This document shows, piece after piece, positions 12,893 through 26,000 of a stretch of DNA of 64,000 nucleotides. Location: the NCBI RefSeq assembly GCF_963921235.1, contig NC_086097.1:243538001-243602000 (forward strand), in the 5' to 3' direction. Origin of the DNA: Mobula hypostoma. Taxonomy: Eukaryota. Below the pieces are notes generated by a model, which ran no database searches, was not told the origin of the DNA, and saw only the letters and a list, made by a program, of their open reading frames with translations. The stretch's first letter is position 1; every line of letters starts with the position of its first letter. The position numbers and the translations under genes were made by a program.

Positions 12893-13642
12893 TTGAGGGG
12901 GAACAGTATGTCTATGTCTACGAGGAGTGGGAAGAATTTAGCTGAACCCAGTGCTAAAGGTAATGGGAAAGGAAAGGTGCAAAAGGAAAGATCTGATGAA
13001 ATGCCATCGTGGGCTGAAGATATCGTTCTGACACTGAATTTAATTAAGGATCAGAATGGACCAATTAAAGACCAACTGGAAAAGAATAGTAATGAAATGA
13101 AGTCATTTCTGGGAAAACTTAAAGACCTGGAAACTCAAGTTATTACACATGAAGAGGAGTTGAAGATAACTAAGCAAAAGTTGTCTGAAGCTACAACTCG
13201 TTTGGAAAGATATCCAAATAAGATTATAGACCTGGAAACTAGGTCTAGATGAATGAATATACGAATTGTTGGGCTGCAAGAAGGAGCTGAAGATGCAGAT
13301 TTAACTGCTTACTTTGGTAAGCTTTTCCACACTTTATTTGCTACCATTCTATCAAAGCGGCCTGCTACAGAAAGGGCATACAGGGCGTTTACTTCGAAAT
13401 TGAAGGATTCTAGTAAACCAAGATCTGTTCTGGTTTGCTTTCATCACTTTAAAATTAAAGATCAAATAATGCGACAGGCAAGAAAACAGAGTGTTTTTAG
13501 ATTTATGGAGTCTGAACTCCGTTTTTATGAAGATTACCAGAGAGAGATAATGGAACAAAGATCAAAATTTGCCCTGGTAATGAAACAGGAATATGATTTT
13601 AAAAAAACTGTTTCCTTCACTGAGGTATCCGACAAGAATTAA
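12893..13642 (+). pseudogene. L1 ORF1 (coiled coil and RRM-type), disrupted
   Basis: Heptad-rich segment, then DLETRSR*xNIRIVGLQEG, ERAYR and KPRSVLV, typical of vertebrate L1 ORF1p. Confidence 0.82.
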
Positions 13643-15223
13643 AGTTTTTCCACCTAATTCTCCTCCTCGTACTTTCTTTGATCCAAAAGCTGCACTGGAC
13701 TTTGTTCAGGCTACACCCGCCGCTGTTACTGACGCCGCTGCTGAATGAACTATCTGAAAGGTTGTTCGCATTATGGAAAGAAGATTTATCAAGGTCATTT
13801 GTATATTTCATTGAGAGACTAATTAAAGAAGACAAGGAGAGTTGTTCATTATTGCATATTGTTGGTTTTCTGTTGGAAAGAAGATTTATGGCTCAAGTAT
13901 GATTGTCTAAATGATCATCTGAACATTCGACTGAGAAAAGAAGATAAGGGGATTTGTTCCTTTAATTTAATACTTGGTTTGAGTTTTTTTGTTTCTTTTT
14001 TTAATCAGCTAATTTTTATATATATAGGAGGGTTTACTTACTTATGATATTATTAATTAATATTTTTGAAAATTCAGCTGGGTCAAATATACTACTATTT
14101 TTTTCTGTTTTATTATAACATTTTATAATTGAATTTAAAGTTTTTTTAGGGAGTTAATGTTAAACTTAAAGATGGCGCTGCTTTTTCTCTCTGAGAGATA
14201 ACATTATTTTGGTTCTTTCTTGTTTATTAGATGATGGAATGTAAATGCCTTTCTTTGCTGAGATTTTATTGTCTTTTTTACAAGGTCACTCTACTCTTTT
14301 TACTAACTGGGGGGAGGGAAAGAAAATACAGACGGAGCGGTCAGTGGCTTTGAACGCTATCATAGATTGCTTGCCTTTTTCTTGGGTTTTCGGGAAGGGG
14401 GTGGGATTAGAGTTGGGGGCTTTCTCCCATTGAGTGGTTCTGGAGCATGCGTATTTTCTATCTGGTTGTATTCTTCATCACCGCCATTTTTGATCATCCT
14501 GTATTGGTATGTGCTCTGCGCATATATAAAGTAGAATAAAATTATAGTCTGGTATTTAAACGGATTAATATAATAAATTGGAATGTACGTGGTTGGAATC
14601 ATCCTATTAAACGAAAAAAGACTTTGAAAATTATTAACCGATTCTAACCTGATATAATTTTTGCTCAAGAGACACATAACAGGGCGGGAGATCAAAATAG
14701 ATTTTTTGGATGGTGGAATGGTTTACAATTTCACTCTACTTCTCAGAATAAAACAAAAGGCGTGTCTATTTTTATTAAATCTAATATATTTATTCAAGAG
14801 GATATTAAATCAGATTCTAATGGTAGATTTTGAATTGTTAAAGGAACGATCTGTAACAGAAAAGCTGTTTTGGTTAATTTGTATGGTCCTAACTTAGATG
14901 ATCCTTTTTTAAAAGAGGTATTTGCTTTACTGCCTGATTTAAATGAACATATGCTGAGAATGGGCGGGGATTTTAACTGCTGCTGAAATCCTATGATTGA
15001 TCCAACCAATCCTATGATTGATCAACCAATCAGCGACTTCCAAATCGTTCCGTGTCATTTATTAATTCCTTTTTGATTGATTTTGGGTTGATTGATTTGT
15101 GGAGGTATCTCCATCCCGATAACAGTAAACAACAGGAATTCTGCAGATGCTGGAAATTCAAGCAACACACATCAAAGTTGCTGGTGAACGCAGCAGGCCA
15201 GGCAGCATCTATAGGAAGAGGTG

Positions 15224-15261
15224 CAGTCGACGTTTCAGGCCGAGACCCTTCGTCAGGACTA
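15224..15261 (-). ncRNA. Minimal type I hammerhead ribozyme (GUC site)
   Basis: Minus strand reads TAGTC-CTGACGA-AGG(gtctcgg)CCT-GAAA-CGTC-GACTG. Confidence 0.85.
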
Positions 15262-15555
15262 ACTGAAGGAAGAGTGAGTAAGGGATTTGAAAGATGGAGG
15301 GGGAGGGGGAGATGCAAAATGATAGGAGAAGACAGGAGGGGGAGGGATGGAGCTGAGAGCTGGACAGGTGATAGGCAAAAGGGGATACGAGAGGATCATG
15401 GGACAGGAGGTCCGGGAAGAAAGACGGGGGGGGGGGTGACCCAGAGGATGGGCAAGAGGTATATTCAGAGGGACAGAGGGAGAAAAAGGAGAGTGAGAGA
15501 AAGAATGTGTGCATAAAAATGAGTAACAGATGGGGTATGAGGGGGAGGTGGGGCC

Positions 15556-17402
15556 TTAGCGGAAGTTAGAGAAGTCAATGTTCATGCCATCAGGTTGGAG
15601 GCTACCCAGACGGAATATAAGGTGTTGTTTCTCCAACCTGAGTGTGACTTCATCTCCACAGTAGAGGAGGCCGTGGACAGACATGTTAGAATGGGATGTG
15701 GAATTAAAATGTGTGGCCACTGGGAGATCCTGCTTTCTCTGGCGGACAGAGCGTAGATGTTCAGCAAAGCGGTCTCCCAGTCTGCGTCGGGTCTCACTAA
15801 TATATAAAAGCCACATCGGGAGCACCGGACGCAGTATATCACCCCAGCCGACTCACAGGTGGACTGTTTGGGGCCCTGAATGGTGGTAAGGGAGGAAGTG
15901 TAAGGGCATGTGTAGCACTTGTTCCGCTTACACGGATAAGTGCCAGGAGGGAGATCAGTGGGGAGGGATGGGGGGGACGAATGGACAAGGGAGTTGTGTA
16001 GGGAGCGATCCCTGCGGAATGCAGAGAGAGGGGGGGAGGGAAAGATGTGCTTAGTGGTGGGATCCTGTTGGAGGTGGCGGAAGTTACGGAGAATAATATG
16101 TTGGACCCGGAGGCTGGTGGGGTGGTAGGTGAGGACCAGGGGAACCCTATTCCTAGTGGGGTGGTGGGAGGATGGAGTGAGAGCAGATGTACGTGAAATG
16201 GGGGAGATGCGTTTAAGAGCAGAGTTGATAGTGGAGGAAGGGAAGCCCCTTTCTTTAAAAAAGGAAGACATCTCCCTCGTCCTAGAATGAAAAGCCTCAT
16301 CCTGAGAGCAGATGCAGCGGAGACGGAGGAATTGCGAGAAGGGGATGGCGTTTTTGCAAGAGACAGGGTGAGAAGAGGAATAGTCCAGATAGCTGTGAGA
16401 GTCAGTAGGCTTATAGTAGACATCAGTGGATAAGCTGTCTCCAGAGACAGAGACAGAAAGATCTAGAAAGGGGAGGGAGGTGTCGAAAATGGACCAGGTA
16501 AACTTGAGGGCAGGGTGAAAGTTGGAGGCAAAGTTAATAAAGTCAACGAGTTCTGCATGCGTGCAGGAAGCAGCGACAATGCAGTCGTCGATGTAGCGAA
16601 GGAAAAGTGGGGGACAGATACCAGAATAGGCACGGAACATAGATTGTTCCACAAACCCAACAAAAAGGCAGGCATAGCTAGGACCCATACGGGTGCCCAT
16701 AGCTACACCTTTAGTTTGGAGGAAGTGGGAGGAGCCAAAGGAGAAATTATTAAGAGTAAGGACTAATTCCGCTAGACGGAGCAGAGTGGTGGTAGAGGGG
16801 AACTGATTAGGTCTGGAATCCAAAAAGAAGCGTACAGCTTTGAGACCTTCCTGATGGGGGATGGAAGTATATAAGGACTGGACATCCATGGTGAAAATAA
16901 AGCGGTGAGGGCCAGGGAACTTAAAATCATCGAAAAGTTTAAGAGCGTGAGAAGTGTCACGAACATAGTTCGGAAGGGATTGAACAAGGGGTGATAAAAC
17001 AGTGTCGAGGTATGCAGAAACGAGTTCAGTGGGGCAGGAGCAAGCTGAGACAATAGGTCGGCCAGGACAGGCAGGTTTGTGGATCTTGGGTAGGAGGTAG
17101 AAACGGGAAGTGCGGGATGTGGGAACTATAAGGTTGGTAGCAGTGGATGGGAGATCCCCTGAGCGGATAAAGTCGTTGATAGTGTGGGAGACAACGGCCT
17201 GGTGCTCCTTAGTGGGGTCACGATCGAGGGGTAAATAAGAGGAGGTATCCGCGAGTTGTCGCTGTGCCTCGGCAAGGTAGAGGTCAGTACGCCAGACTAC
17301 AACAGCACCCCCCTTATCGGCGGGTTTAATAATAATGTTAGGATTAGTGCGGAGGGGTGGAGAGCAGAGCGTTCCGAAGGAGTGAGGTTGGAATGGGGAC
17401 AA
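15556..17402 (-). pseudogene. Penelope RT/GIY-YIG polyprotein, frameshifted in the endonuclease
   Basis: PADKGGAVVV, LPKIHK, PGRPIVS, MDVQSLYTSIP, GVAMGTRMGPSYA, FLRYIDD; GVIYC then LYISETRRRL in another frame. Confidence 0.92.
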
Positions 17403-20400
17403 GGTGCGGTGAAGTCGAGACGGTTGATGTCCCGATAACAGAGAGTATTCTTTCTTCTCACATGTTTATAAAAAAATAATCGAGGATCGATTATATTATA
17501 ATCAATCCCCGCTTCTTGCCTAGTGTTAAAAATTGTGAATATGCCGCTATTGCTATATCTGATAATGCGCCTCTGAGTTTGTCTTTTGAATTTGACGATA
17601 TCATTCTTGCCCACCCACCATAGTGCATGTCTCAGACATTATTGCAAAACTCTGACTTTGTCAGTTTCATTGAAACGCAGATAAAAGATTTTTTTCTTTT
17701 TAATGATATAGGGGATATGTTTAAATTAATTATATGGGATACATTTAAAGCATTTTTACATTGTCAGATTATTTCTTATTCAGCTAATTTAAAAAACAGA
17801 CTAAAGCAGAATTAGATAGAATTTCAAAACAGATTAAAGATTTAGATAATATCTATGCAATTTCCCCCAATATTGATTTATTTAAACAAAGGGTGGAACT
17901 CCAATCACAATATAACCTGTTATTAACTCATCCCATTGAAGGCTATTTGCTTAAGTTAAAGAGCCAATTTTATATGTTTGGAGATAAAAATAATAAACTG
18001 CTCGCATCTCAATTAAAAATGGCTGCAGCCAAAATGCAAATCATGAAAGTTCGTAGGAAAGATGATACCTTGGCTCAGGAATACGAAGAAATTAATAATA
18101 TTTTTCAAGATTTCTATGCTGAACTTTATAAATCTCAATGACCGTTAGATTCCTCTGAAATGAATGCTTTTTTTTACGAAAGATTGTTTTTCCTAAAATC
18201 TCAGCTGACGATCAAAAAACTCTTGATGCTCAAATCACTGAAGCCGAAATTCATAAAGCTATTTTTTTCAATGCAATCTGTTAAGTCCCTGGGACTTGAT
18301 GGTTATCCTGTAGAATTTTATAAAAAAATTTGGAAAGTTGCTTTCTCTGTATATGTTGGAAATGTTTAAGGATTCTTCTGTGAAAGGTGACTTACCCTCC
18401 ACTTTTTGAGGCTTCGATTTCTCTAATTCTTAAAAAAGATAAATATCCCACTGACTGTGCTTCATATAGACCTATTTCATTACTGAATGTCGACGCTAAG
18501 ATTCTGTCAAAGATAATGGCCAATCGCCTGGAGAATATTTTGGGTAAAATTATTTTTAAAGATCAAACAGGCTTTATAAAGGGTTGCTATTCTTTTTCAA
18601 ATGTTCAGAGACTATTTAACATTATATATTCGTCCTCTTTTAAAACTCCACAATGTGTGGTATCTTTGGATGCTGAAAATGCGTTCGATCAAGTCGAATG
18701 GAAATATTTATTTAATGTTTTAGATATATTTAGCTTTGGTGCTAATTTTAATAATCGGATTAAAATTATATATAAAGCCCCTATTGCTACTGTTGTCACT
18801 AACAATTGTAAGTCTCCTTTTTTTCAGCTTTCATGGGGGACAAGGCAAGGCTGTCCATTAAGTCCTCTGTTGTTTAATTTAATATTAGAACCCCTTGCTA
18901 TTGCTCTTCGTGAAGCTGAAAATATCCATGGGATTTTTGTGAATGAGACCATGCATAAGGTCTCTCTTTACGCTGATAATTTATTTGTTTATATATCTAA
19001 TCCTGACGAATCTATTCCTGCCTTGCTAAAATTATTTAATGAATTTGGAGATTTTTCAGGATATAAAATAAATTTTAGTAAAAGGGAATTGTTTCCTTTA
19101 AATGATTCTGTCTCTATATATGATAATACTTTTAAAGTCATGGATTCTTTTAGATATTTAGGTATTATAGTTACTAAAAAATATAAGGATCTTTATAAAG
19201 CCAACTTTGTTCCTTCAGTAGACTCTATGAAGTATTTATTTAGTAGATGGAGTCCACTTACATTTTCACAAAATATTTAAAATGACAATATTACCAAAAT
19301 TTTTATATTTATTTCAGAATATCCCTGTTTTTTGACTAGGAAGTTTTTTGATCAGATTGATTCTATTATTTTATCCTTTATTTGGGATAATAAAAGACCA
19401 GAAATTAGTAAATGTCACTTACAAAAATTGAAAAAGGATGGAGGTCTTGCTTTGCCCAATCTAAGAATGTATTATTGGGCTGTTAATGTGCGATATATGT
19501 CTTTTTGGTTATATTGGGTTGATAAGAGTGATCGGCCAATTTGGGTAGACCTGGAACTGAAAATTGTAAAACAGTTTTATTTAGCCTCGTTATTGGGAGC
19601 TGCATTACCTATACAATTAGCTAATTAAACCTACATCCTGTGATTAAACATTCTTTACAAATTTGGCTCCAGTTCCGCAATTTTTTTAATCTTAAAAAAT
19701 TTAAACTTTGTAGTTTAATTTATCAAAATTACTTTTTTAAGCCTTCTTTGAGTGATCCAATTTTTTACTTTGGAAAAATAAAGGTATTAATTCTTTTTAG
19801 ATTTATTTAAAGAAGATAGATTGATGTCTTTTGAACAATTAATTGATAAATATTCTCTTTCATACTCACACTTTCTGCAATACCGTCAAGTTAGACATTT
19901 TTTACAAAAATATTTAAGTAATTTTCCTTACATACTGGAGGCTGACCTGTTAGATACTAGTATGAGTATGAATCCTTCGATCAAGGGTTCTATTGGAAGA
20001 ATTTATAATTTATTATTACAATGGGATAAGCATCATTTATCTAAGGTTAAACAGGATTGGGAAAAGGAACTCAATTTGACTTTTATGATGGAGGATTGGA
20101 TGCGGATTTTGAAGTTGGTTAACTCTTCAATTTGTGCTAGCCATTCATTGATTCAATTTAAAATTGTACATCGTTATTATTTGATGAAGGAGAGACTTTC
20201 TAAAATCTTTTCTAATGTTGCTAGTTGTTGTGATAGATGTAAAACTGAGATAGCTACACTGACACATATGTTTTGGTCTTGTTCTATATTGGAACAGCTC
20301 TGGAAGTCAGTTTTTTCAGCAATTTCTAAAGCACTTAAAATTAATCTACAACCTAGTAAATTAACTGTGCTTTTTGGAATAATTCCTCAAAATATTCATG

Positions 20401-20916
20401 GTATTTCTGTCTGACCAACATGTTATTGCATTTGTTACATTGATAGCTAGCAGGGCCATTTTGTTGAAGTGGAAGGGTACATCAGCTCCCACTTTGTCAC
20501 AATGGTTCTCTCAAGTGATGCTATGTCTCAGTTTGGAGAAAATTAGAAGTCGAACATTTGAACCTTTATTTCATTTTGAGAAAAGATGGGGCTCATTTGC
20601 TCGTTATTATCATTTAAGCTAATTGATAGATTTTTTCCACGATCTAATTGTAAATTTTTTGGTATATTTTCTTTTCTTGCTGGCAGTTTGATGTTTATTT
20701 TTAGAAGCTTTTTGTATGATGCATGGCTCTGGAGTTGTACACCTAATGGTTTTTTTTTCTCACTTTTTCTGCTTAGGAGTTGTGTTATCACAAATTTTTT
20801 TTCAATCTTTAACAGAATGTCTTTTTTGAGACATTGTAGGTGTTGTTACTTCAACATACTCGTGTTATTTCTTTTGTATAATATAACTATAAAAAGAGTT
20901 GAAAAGAAAGAAAAGC

Positions 20917-22770
20917 AAGATAATAATAATAAATAAGTGATAAGTATTGAGAACTTGAGATGAAGAGTCCTTGAAAGTGAGTCCAGAGGTTGTGGGAACA
21001 GTTCAGTGATGAAGCAAGTAAAGATGAATGAAGTTATCCCCTGTGGTTTAAGAGCCTGATTGTTGAGGGGTAGTAATTGTTCCTCAACCTGGCACTGTGG
21101 GTCCTGAAAGTCCTGTATCTTCATCCTGATGGCAGCAATGAGAAGAGAGCATGATCAGGTGGGGGGACCTGATGATGGATGCTGCTTTCCTTCAACAGTG
21201 CTCCATGTAGATATGCTCAATGGTGGGGAGAGCTTTACCCGTGATGGACTGGACCATATCTATTACTTTCTGTATGATTTTCCATTCAAGGGCATGGGTG
21301 TATCCAAACCAGACAATGATGTAATCAGAAAATATTCTCTCTACTGCGCATCTGTGGAAGTTTGTCAAAGTTTTAGGTATCATGCCGAATCTCCAGAAAG
21401 AACTTAGCAAGTAGAGGCGCTGCCATGTTTTCTTTGTAATTGCACTTACATACTGGACCCAGAACAACCCCTCTGAAATGATAGCACCAAACAATCTTAA
21501 AGTTGCTGGCCCTCTCCACCTCTGATTCACGGATGAGAATTGGTTCATGAACCTCTGGTTTCCTCCTCCCCAAGTTAATAATCAGCTGGTTGGTCTTGCT
21601 GACATTGTGGCACCACTCAGCCAGATTTTCAATCTCCATACTGGTTCATCACCACCTTTGATCTGGCCAACGACAATGGTGTCATCAGCAAACTTAACTA
21701 TGGCATTGGAACTGTGCTTAGCCTCACAGTCAGGAGTATAAAACAAGTAGAGCAGGGTCTAAGCAAAGAACCTTGTGGTGCACCTGTGCTGATGGAGATC
21801 AAGGAGGAGATGTTGTTGCCAATCACATCTGACTGTGGTCTGCAACTGGGGAAATTGAGGATCCAATTGCACAAGGAGGTATTGAGGCTTATTGATTAGT
21901 TTTGAGGAGATAAAGGTATTGAATGCTGAGCTATAGTCAATAAAGACCATCCTGATGTACATATCTTTGCTGTCCAGATATTCCAGGGATGAGTGAAAAG
22001 CCAATGAATTAGCATCTGCTGTTGAGCTGTTGTGCCAGTAAGCTTCTTCTCAGGCAGGAGCTGATATGTTTCATCACCAACCTCTAAACGCCCATCATGA
22101 CTGTGGACGTAAGGGCTACTGGATGATAGTCAGTGAGGCAGGTTACCACGTTCTTCTTGAACATCAGTATAATTGAAGCAGGTGGGTACCTCAGACTGCT
22201 GAAGCAAGGGGTTAATGATGTTGGTGGTGCCAGAAGATGAGCGCAGGTCTTTAATACTCAGCCAAGTACCCCATCTGGGCCGGATGCTTTCCGAACATTT
22301 ACCCTCCTGAAGGATTCTCCCGCATCGGCCTCACAGACTGAAATCACAGGGTCATAGGGGGCTGTGGGAGTTCGTGAAGGTTTTCATGATCAAATGAGCA
22401 TAGAAAGCTTTGAGCTCATTTGGGAGTGGTGTGCTGTTGTCACCTATGTCGCTTGGATTCACTTTGTAAGAGGTAGTCGTATTCAAGCACTGTCACGGCT
22501 GTCAAGCATCCTTCAGTGATTCACGCTTGGTCTGGAATTGCCACTTCGCACATGAAATAGCTTTCTGGGGATCATCCCTGGATCTCTTGTACCTTACTTG
22601 GTTGCCAGACATCAATGTGACTGATCTGGCCCTCAGCAGATTGCAGATCTCATGGTTCATCCAGGGCTTCTGGTTGGGGAAGACACTGAATGATTTTGTG
22701 AGAACACACTCATCTACAACTGTTTTTATAAACTCCATGACCACTGTGGTGTATTCATTCAGATCCTAGG
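20917..22770 (-). mobile_element. Rex1/Babar-like LINE, decayed RT region
   Basis: VFPNQKPWMNHEI (22502..22744), YIRMVFIDYSSAFNT (21759..22004), KFADDTIV near 21690, QRLYLL..FG (21192..21548). Confidence 0.82.
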
Positions 22771-23039
22771 ATCAGCTGATTGGTGTCAGCTTTTGGCGGT
22801 ATGTAAACTGCTGTCAGGATTTTGGAGAACTCTCTTGGCAAGTAGAATGGTCAGCAGATGGACTGACAAAGTTACCAACCAGACACAGTGAGAAAATACC
22901 AACCAGGTTGTGTTGATAATAGTGTTGATGTCACATTGTTCAGATATGGCACAAGCACTCCCAAGTCCGTCTGCACAGCAGTGTGCTGCAATTTTTTACC
23001 AGTTAAATAATAATCTGCTCTTGGCAACTTTGTACGTTT

Positions 23040-26000
23040 GAGCTTTTAGTTTGATGCCGCCTTTTATTTCCCTAGTTATCCAAAGCTGGCTCTCCCAATG
23101 CAAACTGTCCTTGTTTTTAACTGGAACATACTTTTGTTGAGCACCATGAAGAATCTCTTTGAAACTCTTCCACTGTTCATCAACTGTCCCACCATATAGT
23201 CTGTGTTCCTAGTCTACACTAGCCAAACCCTCCCTCATCTCATTATAGTCTCCATTGTTTAGGCATAATAAACTGGTTGTAGATCGAACTATTGCACCCT
23301 CCATTTGAATGAGAAACTCAATCATACTGTGATCACCATTTCCACATTTCCAAGAGGATCCCTAACTACAAGATCACTAACTTTACCTGTCTCCTTGCAC
23401 AGGACCAGATCTAAGATAGCACATTTCCTTTTAGATTCAGTAATATACTGTTCAAGAAATCCATCACAGATGCATTCAGTGAAGTCCTCCTTAAGACTGC
23501 CTCGAACAACTTGATTCACCCAATCTATGTGCGTTGAAGTCCCCCATGATAACTGCTGTTCCATTCTTACATGCCTCAGATATTTCTCTGTTTATTGCCT
23601 GTGCCAGTGTAATGTCAATGTTCAGTGACTGATAGAGAACTCCCAGGAATGATTTTTTTCCCTTTACTATTCCTAATGTCTACCCAGATGGATTCAACAT
23701 TCTACTCTCTAGATCTTATATCATCTCCCACTATCGCCCTGATCTCATCTTTAATTAAGAACACAAAAAACCTCCCTTACCTTCCTGCCTATCAAAAAAA
23801 CATAGAACATAGATTAGTACAGCACAGTACAGGCCCTTCGGCCCACAATGTTGTGCCGACCCTCAAACCCTGCCTCCCATATAAGCCTCCACCTTAAATT
23901 CCTCCATATACCTGTCTAGTAGACTCTTAAACTTCACTAGTGTATCTGCCTCCACCACTGACTCAGGCAGTGCATTCCATGCACCAACCACTCTCTGAGT
24001 TAAAAAAAACACTCCTCTTATATCCCCCTTGAACTTCCCACCCCTTACCTTAAAGCCATGTCCTCTTGTATTGAGCAGTGGTGCCCTGGGGAAGAGGCGC
24101 TGGCTATCCACTCTATCTATTCCTCTTATTATCTTGTACACCTCTATCATGTCTCCTCTCATCCTCCTTCTCTCCAAAGAGTAAAGCCCTAGCTCCCTTA
24201 ATCTCTGATCACAATGCATACTCTCTAAACCAGGCAGCATCCTGGTAAATCTCCTCTGTACCCTTTCTAATGCTTCCACATCCTTCTTATAGTGAGGCGA
24301 CCAGAACTGGACACAGTACTCCAAGTGTGACCTAACCAGAGTTTTATAGAGCTGAATCATTACATCGCAACTCTTAAACTCTATCCCTCGACTTATGAAA
24401 GCTAACACCCCATAAGCTTTCTTAACTACCCTATCTACCTGTGAGGCAACTTTCAGGGATCTATGGACATGTACCCCCAGATCCCTCTGCTCCTCCACAC
24501 TACCAAGTATCCTGCCATTTACTTTGTACTCTGCCTTGGAGTTTGTCCTTCCAAAGTGTACCAGCTCACACTTCTCTGGGTTGAACTCCATCTGCCACTT
24601 TTCAGCCCACTTCTGCATCCTATCAATGTCTCTCTGCAATCTTCGACAATCCTCTACACTATCTATAACACCACCAACCTTTGTGTCGTCTGCAAACTTG
24701 CCAACCCACCCTTCTACCCCCACATCCAGGTCGTTAATAAAAATCATGAAAAATAGAGGTCCCAGAACAGATCCTTGTGGGACACCACTAGTCACAATCC
24801 TCCAATCTGAATGTACTCCCTCCACCATGACCCTCTGCCTTCTGCAAGCAAGCCAATTCTGAATCCGTCTGGCCAAACTTCCCTTGATCCCATGCCTTCT
24901 GACTTTCTGAATAAGCCTACCTTGTGGAACCTTGTCAAATGCCTTACTAAAATCCATATAGATCACATCCACTGCACTACCCTCATCTATATGCCTGGTC
25001 ACCTCCTCAAAGAACTCTATCGGGCTTGATAGACATGATCTGCCCTTCACAAAGCCATGCTGACTGTCCCTGATCAGACCATGATTCTCTGAATGCCCAT
25101 AGATCCTACCTCTAAGAATCTTTTCCAACAGCTTTCCCACCACAGACGTAAGGCTCACTGATCTATGATTACCCGGACTATCCCTTCTACCTGTTTTGAA
25201 CAAGGGGACAATATTCGCCTCCCTCCAATCCTCCGGTACCATTCCTGTGGACAACAAGGACATAAAGATCCTAGCCAGAGGCTCAGCAATTTCTTCCCTC
25301 ACCTCGTGGAGCAGCCTGGGGAATATTCTGACTGGCCTCGGGGACTTATCTGTCCTAATGTATTTTTTCAACTCCAACACCTCCTCTCCCTTAATATCAA
25401 CATGCTCCAAACCATCAACCTCTTATCCTTCTATATTACCAGAGATCTTTGGTCATTTAATTCCCAATCCTCTTTACCCTGCAACTATGTTTCTGTAATG
25501 GCCACTAAATCATACCCCTTTATACTGATTTGTGCCACAAGTTCATCGACCTTGTTTTGAATACTACGGGTATTCAAATAAAGTGCCCTTACACTCATTG
25601 TGCTTTTAAGAACTTGTAATCTTTTTCCCTTTTGCGCTTGACTTTTCTTCACTCCACTCTTACTTCGCTCTTTTTCACATTTTGCTTTTGCTTTATCTTT
25701 ATCCACACTTTCCTCATTTACTTTATCCATACTTCTCCAGTCTGTTGAACCCACCCCCCTACAATTTAGTTTAAAGCCCAATTCACAGCCCTAGTGATGC
25801 AATTCGCTGGGTCCAGGTCCCATCACAGTTCAAGTGGAGCCCGTCCCATTGGTACAGCTCCCTCCTTCCCCAATACTGGTGCCAATTTCTCATAACTTCA
25901 AACCCACTTCTCCCAAACCGATCCTTGAGCCAAGGATTTAATGCTCTAATCTTCTTGACCCTATGCCTTTTTGCATGTGGCTTGGGTAGTAATCCAGAGA

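Larger units (their letters stand above)
15126..17429 (-). mobile_element. Penelope-like element, 5'-truncated, inserted in the L1 endonuclease
   Basis: 12-bp duplication TCCCGATAACAG at 15114-15125 and 17430-17441. Carries RT, GIY-YIG and a hammerhead-bearing 3' repeat. Confidence 0.93.
14570..20622 (+). pseudogene. L1 ORF2 (APE, RT, C-terminal CCHC), many frameshifts and stops
   Basis: WNVRG..HPIKRKK near 14580; MGGDFNC; YRPISLLNVDAKILSK, GTRQGCPLSPLLF, SLYADN (18387..19280); GGLALPN; CDRC..ATLTHMFWSC (19821..20414). Confidence 0.88.
12806..20916 (+). mobile_element. Full-span decayed L1/Tx1-clade LINE, interrupted by Penelope
   Basis: ORF1 and ORF2 remnants are colinear, with an A-rich 3' end near 20890-20915. 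Candidate TSD AAGATAAYAATA at 12794-12805 and 20917-20928. Confidence 0.88.

Noticed and set aside
14987..15031. About 21-bp tandem duplication in L1 ORF2
   Set aside because: Ordinary slippage in a dead element, with no sign of function.
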